Assembly (NCBI GenBank): GCA_963699165.1
Contig: OY969413.1
Location: forward strand, 141,984 to 205,983
DNA from: Candidatus Kaiserbacteria bacterium
GTDB lineage: Bacteria > Patescibacteriota > Minisyncoccia > Phycocordibacterales > Phycocordibacteraceae
DNA: 64,000 nt
Direction of reading: 5' to 3'
Below the pieces are notes generated by a model. That model worked only from the letters and a program-made list of their open reading frames with translations. It had not been told where the DNA came from and did no database searches. The translations under genes were made by a program, and so were the position numbers. How positions within the stretch are numbered: position 1 is the stretch's first letter; every line of letters begins with the position of its first letter. This document shows positions 57,117 to 64,000 of this stretch, piece by piece.

Positions 57117-57618
57117 CTAAATTTTCCGCATGGTCGATAAACAAAATGCCGTTTAGATGGTCGATTTCGTGTTCGAAGATTTGCGCCATCAGCCCGCCCG
57201 CGCCGCGTTCCACTTTCGAACCGTCCGGACGCCGCGCGCGAATCGTGACGCGCTCGTGCCGATCGGTAATCCCATATATGCCGCGGACGGAGAGGCATCC
57301 TTCGTCGGAACGCTTACGTTTGCGCGAGGTTTTTACGATTTCAGGATTTATGTATGCTTCGACTTCGGGAGCCGGGGAGCCGGTTTCCCGTGAGTCCTCG
57401 TGCGGAGGAGGAAGCGTACGGTCCTTTCGCACGATGAAAATCCGATAAGGAATGCCGATTTGCGGCGCGGCGAGCGCAACGCCTTCAAGGTACGGGTCAA
57501 GCGCCTCTTCCATGTCATTGAGGATGCCCGCAAGTTCCGCCGAGCCGAAAAGATCTTCCGGAAGCGGTTTTGCTATGCCGCGCAGTATTGGCGCGCCGTC
57601 CTGCACGATGTTCTTCAT
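57088..57618 (-). CDS. def: Peptide deformylase
   Basis: GVALAAPQIG (motif 1), EGCLS (motif 2), HEIDHLNG (motif 3); overlaps fmt start by 29 bp as in def-fmt operons. Confidence 0.85.
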   Translation of the reverse strand: MKNIVQDGAPILRGIAKPLPEDLFGSAELAGILNDMEEALDPYLEGVALAAPQIGIPYRIFIVRKDRTLPPPHEDSRETGSPAPEVEAYINPEIVKTSRKRKRSDEGCLSVRGIYGITDRHERVTIRARRPDGSKVERGAGGLMAQIFEHEIDHLNGILFIDHAENLVDVEHAAVT

Positions 57619-57702
57619 GATTGCAAATATAGCAAAAATTTTGGCGGTGCGGGCGAACATTTTGCAAAGCAAAATGTTCGCCCAATGCGTGCAGGGCGCG
57701 CA

Positions 57703-57990
57703 TCAGGGGTGTTTCGTCGGGTCCAATTCCCACCAGAATTTTTTTCCGAAATTTTTCGCCTGGCTGCAAACGCTTTTTAAATAGTACAGGTCTTGCGTCG
57801 GGATTTTTTCGAGCACGGTGCCGAGGTGCGCCATCGTCATCGGCGGCAATCCGTCATGCGATCGGGAATAATTCAAATGCCGCAGGAAAAATCGCATGAG
57901 CTCGCCGCGCTCGGTTTGGCGCTTCCGTCCTTTCGGCGCTTCGGCCGCTTTCTTTTCAAAGTCCGGCAGAAAATCACCGATGGGTTTCAT
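57703..57990 (-). CDS. Hypothetical protein (95 aa) between murA and def
   Basis: ORF only. Confidence 0.35.
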   Translation of the reverse strand: MKPIGDFLPDFEKKAAEAPKGRKRQTERGELMRFFLRHLNYSRSHDGLPPMTMAHLGTVLEKIPTQDLYYLKSVCSQAKNFGKKFWWELDPTKHP

Positions 57991-57992
57991 TT

Positions 57993-59303
57993 TCAGTCGG
58001 TGCGCGCTTCGATGACCGCGCCCAATTTTTGCAGGCGAAGCACGATGTCTTCGTAGCCGCGATTGATGCTGTACACGTTGCGCAGCATCGAACGGCCCTT
58101 CGCCGCGAGCATGCCGACGAGAATGATGGTCGCGGGTCGGAGCGCAGGCGGGCAGATTACTTGCGCGGCTTTCAACCGGGTCGGACCTTCAATCGAAATG
58201 CGGTGCGGGTCATGGAGCGTGGTCGTCGCGCCGAGTCGGTCGAGTTCGGTGTAATAAATCGCACGCTTTTCATACGACCAGTCGTGAATCAAGGTCGAGC
58301 CCTTTGCCTGCGTTGCGATGACGGCGAAAAAGGGAAGATTGTCGATATTGAGCGCAGGGTAGGGGCGCGCGTGGATTTTTTCCGGAAATGCCGTCAGCTC
58401 GGACTCATATATATGTATGTCCGCAAGTTTGGTAATGCCGTTTTCGGAGACGCCCGCGTCCGTAACGGTAAATCGCATACCCATTTTTTCCAACACCAAA
58501 AGCTCGACCTCTAGAAATTCAATCGGCGCTTTCGCAATCGTAATCTCGCTGCCGGTCGTGGCCGCCGCCGCAATAAAAAACATTGCGTCGGTCGGGTCCT
58601 CCGCAATGCTGTATTCAATGTCTTTATGAATGTCTTCGATGCCGGTGACGACAAGCGTGCTTGTGCCGATGCCCTTGATGCCGACGCCGAGCGCTTGCAG
58701 ATAGCCGCAAAGTTCCTGCACCTGATAATTTGCGGAACAGTATTTTATGGTGCTCGTGCCCGGAATGCGCGCCGCTGCGAGAAGCGCGTTTTCGGTCGCG
58801 GTGTCGCTCGCTTCATAGAGAATGACGGTCGCCGGCTTGAGTTCGCCGTGCGAAATTTGATAGCGGTCGGTGCGCGTCTCGATATGAACGCCGAATTTTT
58901 CGAGCGCCATGAGATGCGGGCGCACGGAGCGCAGCCCGAGCGTGCAGCCGCCCGATTGCGGCAGTTCGAATTCGTTGAAAAGGTGAATGAGCGAACCGAT
59001 GAACATCAAGATGCTCCGTGTTTTTGTCGCGGCCACGCGGTCGATGCTCGCGAGCGACAAATGTTTCGGCCGTTGAATGACGACCGTCGAGCCGTTCCAT
59101 TCAACGCTCACGCCGATGGAAACGAGCACCTCGACGAGGCGTTTGACCTCTTCGATTTTCGGCATATGCGTGAGCGTTGTGCGGCCGCTGTTCAAAAGCG
59201 ATGCGGCCAAGAGCGCGACCGCGCCGTTTTTCGAGCGGCTCGTCTCGACGGTGCCCGAAAGTTTTGTGCCGCCCTCGATTACGAAATTGAGTTCTCCTTG
59301 CAT
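57993..59303 (-). CDS. murA: UDP-N-acetylglucosamine 1-carboxyvinyltransferase
   Basis: LNFVIEGGTKLSGTVETSRSKNGAVALLAASLL ... PQSGGCTLGLRSV (catalytic Cys loop) ... LRNVYSINRGYEDIVLRLQKLGAVIE. Start MQGELNF chosen; ORF track begins 23 codons earlier. Confidence 0.85.
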   Translation of the reverse strand: MQGELNFVIEGGTKLSGTVETSRSKNGAVALLAASLLNSGRTTLTHMPKIEEVKRLVEVLVSIGVSVEWNGSTVVIQRPKHLSLASIDRVAATKTRSILMFIGSLIHLFNEFELPQSGGCTLGLRSVRPHLMALEKFGVHIETRTDRYQISHGELKPATVILYEASDTATENALLAAARIPGTSTIKYCSANYQVQELCGYLQALGVGIKGIGTSTLVVTGIEDIHKDIEYSIAEDPTDAMFFIAAAATTGSEITIAKAPIEFLEVELLVLEKMGMRFTVTDAGVSENGITKLADIHIYESELTAFPEKIHARPYPALNIDNLPFFAVIATQAKGSTLIHDWSYEKRAIYYTELDRLGATTTLHDPHRISIEGPTRLKAAQVICPPALRPATIILVGMLAAKGRSMLRNVYSINRGYEDIVLRLQKLGAVIEARTD

Positions 59304-59430
59304 GACCGTATCGTACCATTTCATGCCGCACTTTTGCACAAGTGCATAATTTGACCTTGCGCGAGTCGCCAAAGCGGGTGTTGATAACTCCGATTGGCCG
59401 CCGGTATGCAGGTATACTTCGAACTAGGGT

Positions 59431-60729
59431 ATGTTACGGATGGAAAATCTCGATAAGAAATTATTCGCATTGTGCCTCTGCACAGTAGCGTTTGCAGTCG
59501 TCCCCTTGTTGGTGTTTGCACAAAGCGGCGCTGCCACGCCGACTTCGAGAATGCAGGTCATCGGGTCGGTTGGCGTATTTGATGCTTCGGTTACGCAAAA
59601 TACGGGAAGTTTGGAAGTGAAATTTACAATCTCCAACGGCCAGGGATCGCAGGGAGACATCCGCTATGCAGTAGCACTTTACTCTTTGAATGCGTCCGGT
59701 CAGCACGCAAAAGTCGATGAGTATGTCGCACCCGATGCGGTATCCCTTTCTCCGGGCCAGAGCACTCAAAAGACGGTGACCTATCAGCCGTCGCCGTCTC
59801 TATTAGGTACCTACCAGGTTTGGGTCGAAGTCCAGAACTCTAGCGGGATGCCTTTCAGTGCCGTTAATGCGGGTACGATTACTCTTTCCGCTTCTCCTTC
59901 CGGACAGGATAACTCCGTCGAATTTCCTCCCCAAGCGTGTGTTCTTCTGGTCGATTCCGACCCGGCAAAGGGGACGTTCAGCATGGAACAGGGTGTAGAT
60001 ATTCTTCCGAGCGAAAGTTTGGAAGCAGAATGCACACTTCGGACGCATTATTCCGCTTCCGTGGATCTTACTCCTTCGTTCACAACCTATGCCCGCACGC
60101 AGTTCGGGTCCGAGGTTGGAACGCAAACCGGCAAAACCGTCACGGTTAATCCGACCGGCGATGCGACATTTCTCTTTTCCATACCGATTCAATCGAAACC
60201 GCAGGCATACGATGTCGATATATCGCTTGTGGATGCGTCCGGCAAAACGGTTTCCAACACCGTGACCGCACATTACGTGCTTCGAGGTATATCGGGGACG
60301 ATACAAAACGCCGTTTTAGACGCAAATCGATATTCGCCCGGCGATACTGCCAAGGCAACGGTGAGCTGGTACGGTTCTGCGGATAGTTTCCCCGGGTCCA
60401 GATACGGTTCGGCATCATCAACTCAGAACTTCACGGTGCAACTTGCGCTAGATAACGGCAGCGGCGGAGATTCCTGCGGTTCCGTCGTATCGCAGCATGT
60501 ACCGCAGAATGGGCGAACTGCCCTTATCGGAATACCCGTGCATTCAAGTTGCGACAATCCTTCTTTAAAAGTCACACTTGAGGATGAAAAGGGGAATATT
60601 CTTGATCAAAAGACCTTTGGCACTGTCACTCCTTTGTTTGTTTTCATCGCCGTATCAGGCCCCTTTGATGGCGGCTGCCGCCATCCTCATTTTCGTCGCA
60701 GTATTGATAGCCCTATCGGTGTTTATTAA
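59431..60729 (+). CDS. Secreted surface protein with C-terminal TM anchor
   Basis: Signal peptide LFALCLCTVAFAVVPLLVFAQSGAATP; Ser/Thr-rich beta-rich body; C-terminal AAAILIFVAVLIALSVFIKRRNAKF. Confidence 0.5.
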   Translation: MLRMENLDKKLFALCLCTVAFAVVPLLVFAQSGAATPTSRMQVIGSVGVFDASVTQNTGSLEVKFTISNGQGSQGDIRYAVALYSLNASGQHAKVDEYVAPDAVSLSPGQSTQKTVTYQPSPSLLGTYQVWVEVQNSSGMPFSAVNAGTITLSASPSGQDNSVEFPPQACVLLVDSDPAKGTFSMEQGVDILPSESLEAECTLRTHYSASVDLTPSFTTYARTQFGSEVGTQTGKTVTVNPTGDATFLFSIPIQSKPQAYDVDISLVDASGKTVSNTVTAHYVLRGISGTIQNAVLDANRYSPGDTAKATVSWYGSADSFPGSRYGSASSTQNFTVQLALDNGSGGDSCGSVVSQHVPQNGRTALIGIPVHSSCDNPSLKVTLEDEKGNILDQKTFGTVTPLFVFIAVSGPFDGGCRHPHFRRSIDSPIGVY

Positions 60730-60759
60730 AAGAAGGAATGCTAAATTCATGGAGCCGGT

Positions 60760-63549
60760 ATGATGAAAAAATGCGCTGCAATTATGTCCACGTTAAAAAA
60801 AATGCCGGCATCGCAAAAAGGGATTCTCATACTCGCGCTTATTGCCGTTTCGGCGTATGTGGTTACGACGCATTCTTCATTTGCTCAATCAACAGGCAAT
60901 CAGGGAACTTGTAACAACTATTAGTGCACCTTCCAGGCGACATTTCCTCAAAACACAACCAGTTGGGGAGCGCAAACCGTTGTGACCGACACCACACTTA
61001 CCGCGACATTCGACCGTCAAGACAGAAGTTATTATCCCGGTCAAACGGTCACCATAACGGGATTTGCTCCGCAGCTTTCGGTTTGCTCGAATGGGTGGCC
61101 GATGTCCATTGACACCCTATTTACTCAAAACGGTATTCCGACAAACGTCTCTTCAGGCAACTCGGCCTGTTTTAATTCGGCGACCAATATATATCAAGGC
61201 GAGATTATAAATACGTCGAATTCGAATAACCCGCTCATTGATACCATGAATGCGGAATGGTGCGGGCAAATGAATGTCCCGACTAATGCTCAAACGAAGG
61301 TAATTACCGACGGCAGCACTTTAACAGACGGAAACTGGCTGGAGTGGATGGGTCCCGTCAAAGCGCCCGGCTGGGGATGTTCGACGAACGGTCCCGCGAC
61401 GACTATATTTATTGCCGCCAATCAATCCGCACTGCAAAATCTCGCGGTGTCCAAAGGCAGCGGTATATGCAACCAGGGCGAAGAGGACGTCTATTCATAC
61501 TCGTTCACGGTGCCATACTCTGCAACCGTCGGCCAAGATCAAACGGTCGGCATACGAATGAGCACCGACAATGCCGATACTTATGACGCTACGGGCGCCA
61601 TGATTTACCATGTGGTTGCGCCGCCCGCTTCTACATGTGCTCTACCGTGGGGTGGATATATCGGCAACGGACAGTCGGTTACTGCGTATCAATCCGCGCA
61701 AGTCACGTCGCCGGCAACTCCCGTTTCGGAGGTGCGCACATGCAATAACGGAACTTTGAGCGGCATCGGCTATACCAATCAAAATTGCACGGTCGTCGGA
61801 AGTTCCGGGTCGCCAACCGCATCGCTGCTTGGCAGCGCGTCTTCGAGTGGTCCGTTTTCAAGTATCGTAAATATCTTAAACGGGCAACACGCATTTCTGC
61901 AATGGAGCTCAAGCGGTGCTGCCTCATGTTCGGCAATAGGCACTGCATTTTCATTGCCGGGCGGTTCGACCGCGGGCACTCTTGATTTGGGTCCGCTATC
62001 CTCGTCGGGAGCATATTCTGTCTCTTGTTCAGGTTCCGGCACCGGAACAAGCAACGGCACCGGCGGCTCGCAGACCGTATATCCCACAAATACCACCACA
62101 TACACAGGCACCTTTACCGGACCAAAAGGCACTAACGTTTGTTCGGCAACAGTGAACGTTTCAAGCGGAACGGCAAACCTTACGACTCCTTCAATTGCGC
62201 AGATGTCTCCTATTGCCACATATACATCCGCCTCTTCTGTCTCCGCTACACTTCCAAGTATTCCCGCCGCAGGCGACACGCTCGTGGCTATGGTCGAAAC
62301 GTCTAACAACACCGTCACCGCGCCGACCGGTTGGACGGTGCAAGATAACGAGACCGGCTTCAGCGGTTTTGCCGCTCTGACGGGCGTTGTGGGGAAAAAT
62401 GGTCTTACCGCAGCAAAGACATACACGTTCGACACCGGAGCGTGCGGCACGGCACAGATTTTCGATGTTTCGGGCGCCGGAAAAACAATTATTACATCGA
62501 CGGATTCGTCTAACTCCGGGCCATCCTATCCGCGCATGCTTCAAGTCCCGATTAGCAACGGTTTGCTGCTTACCGGTTGGGGCGGATGGGAGGTGAATTC
62601 GGCAAACGCGTGGGTTTCCATCGCCGACTCGCTTCCGGGCGGACAAACTTCGAGCGTTTTAGGTTATTTGCTGAACAGCCCGATTAGCGCATCTTGCGGC
62701 GGCGGAAGATTCGCATACCGCTCCTCGGACATAACGAGTGAACCGTTCAATGCGGCGCAACCGTTTACCAATACCGCACAAGTTACGATAAACCCGGTCC
62801 TTGACACGGGCTACAACACGAGCGGCCAATTAATATGGCTGTCGCCGGTAATTTCAACACCTCCAACTTGCGCTATTACTGCGTCGCCAAACTCAATAAA
62901 TTCCGGACAACCTTCACTTCTAACGTGGACTTCAATGAACGCGGCGAGCGGGACGATTACCGCTGTCATCGGCAACGGAACGTCCGGGTCGCAAATCGTC
63001 TTCCCGAACGGCAACACGACGTACACGGGAACATTCGTCGGTGACAGCGGAACTGCGAACTGCTCAGTGACCGTTCTCGTTGGCGGTTCATCCGGTACTG
63101 TTGCTCCGGCTTGCACGTTGACCGCCTCGCCGGGATCGATTACCCCCGGACAGGCGGCGACGCTCACCTGGAGTTCGACCAATGCGACCTCCGGGACAAT
63201 CCCCAATCTTCAAACCTCGGCACCGGCCATTTCGGCGCCGGTAACGATAACGGTCGCCCCGTCGAGCGATTCTCTCACTGCAACGCCGAATCGCGTAGCG
63301 CTCGGGAGCGCGACGATTCTCTCGGCTTACGCCACGAGCACGAGCGTGTGCTATCTGTACGCCAACGGCACGCCGATAAAAACCTGGAATGCGACCGGCG
63401 GCATCGTGAATGTGCCCTCCTATACGTCGCCCCCCGTACAAACGCAGACAACTTTCCAGCTCCTGTGCAACGGCCAAAGCAATCCGAATTGGTATTCGAC
63501 GTCCACGCAGTTGGTGAATGTCACCTCAAGCAATTTCCAGGACTTCTAG
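60760..63549 (+). pseudogene. Large Thr/Ser/Gly/Asn-rich Ig-repeat adhesin-like protein whose signal peptide is separated from the 855-aa body by one in-frame TAG (60922-60924)
   Basis: ATG 60760 encodes MMKKCAAIMSTLKKMPASQKGILILALIAVSAYVVTTHSSFAQS..NNY then TAG, then the same frame continues CTFQATFPQNTTSWGAQTV and the ORF-track protein (GTG 60982). Internal repeats SQTVYPTNTTTYTGTFTGPKGTNVCSATVNVSSG / SQIVFPNGNTTYTGTFVGDSGTANCSVTVLVGG. Confidence 0.55.
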
Positions 63550-63648
63550 AAGTTCGTGTACGCGGACAGGTTGACTCATCTGCTCGATTCGGTAGCATGA
63601 GTACCGGGCCGATGCCGCATGTGCGGTACGGCAATGTATTGAAAGGGT

Positions 63649-63978
63649 TTGTCAATGTTGTTTTTTCTATCGCCCGCGTGGCGCATTCCTCTCACCATCG
63701 TGGCTGCGGTGGTCGGTTGCTCGACGGCAGCAGGCGCGCACGGTTCCAATCTCTGGCTGAACGAGGACGTGGTGTTCGGAATCGTCGCCGGCTTCCTTGC
63801 GTGCTCAGTTTTCGCCGAATTGGAGAGGCGGCGGTACGGCAAGAAGTGGACGATGTTCTATTCGGCCACCCTTTTCTTACTGGCCTTCCTCTCGGGATTG
63901 GGCGGGCTGGCGGTCGCGATAGCTTTGACGGCTTTCGTGACCATCATTTCCTTGGGCGGGGAAAGAGCCCCGTCTTAA
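63649..63978 (+). CDS. Small multi-TM membrane protein, hypothetical
   Basis: 109-aa ORF, four hydrophobic segments. Confidence 0.35.
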   Translation: MSMLFFLSPAWRIPLTIVAAVVGCSTAAGAHGSNLWLNEDVVFGIVAGFLACSVFAELERRRYGKKWTMFYSATLFLLAFLSGLGGLAVAIALTAFVTIISLGGERAPS

Positions 63979-64000
63979 AGCGCCCGAGAACCGAAGCCCC

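Noticed and set aside
1-64000. Alternative genetic code (TGA or TAG reassigned) as the explanation for the two in-frame stops
   Set aside because: All well-conserved genes (ftsZ, ftsA, pth, def, fmt, murA, transposases) read cleanly with standard stops, the stops involved are different codons, and the DNA is GC-rich. Isolated nonsense mutations or sequencing errors are more parsimonious.

Overview
This is a GC-rich bacterial chromosomal segment in which housekeeping genes are interleaved with an unusually heavy load of insertion sequences. No rRNA genes or CRISPR arrays were seen. The IS and tRNA coordinates were checked base by base against the sequence; other coordinates come from the ORF track plus motif-based start picks, and hairpin positions are approximate. 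Several product calls rest on homology recalled from memory and are marked as lower confidence.

Housekeeping genes recognised by motif: ftsA-ftsZ, ybeY, rpsU, a HisRS-like class II aaRS, lepB, pth, cspA, mltG, a PAP2 phosphatase, dgkA, tsaC, an lctP permease, hpf, def-fmt and murA.

Mobile elements:
- Four identical 1080-bp copies of an IS481-family element, each with its own 5-bp target duplication, plus a 144-bp fragment of the same element.
- Three identical 1061-bp IS30-family copies with 3-bp duplications.
- A second, distinct IS481-family element with an 8-bp duplication (CGGGAAGC), inserted next to an IS1595-family transposase.
- One IS3-family element that cut into a copy of the first IS and sits against an N-terminally truncated large serine recombinase that abuts tRNA-Asn(GUU). 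This looks like a decayed integrated-element junction.

Two genes carry single in-frame stop codons: a TGA at 9301 and a TAG at 60922 that separates a signal peptide from an 855-aa adhesin-like body. Together with the IS load this fits ongoing genome decay rather than stop-codon recoding.

Other notable content:
- A bacterial SET-domain protein.
- A signalling cluster: a kinase-less PAS plus coiled-coil protein, an ECF sigma factor, an OmpR-type two-component pair and a PAS-HisKA_2 kinase.
- A GT2 / LAB_N / ArnT-like surface-glycosylation cassette bracketed by inverted IS30 copies.
- A four-gene operon headed by an HD-domain alarmone-hydrolase-like protein.
- A stress cluster of KGG-repeat, HdeD, BI-1 and VOC proteins.
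- Several secreted Ig-repeat proteins that share a C-terminal peptidoglycan-binding domain.
- A 500-bp ORF-free, helix-rich region behind a near-consensus promoter, which may be an unidentified ncRNA.
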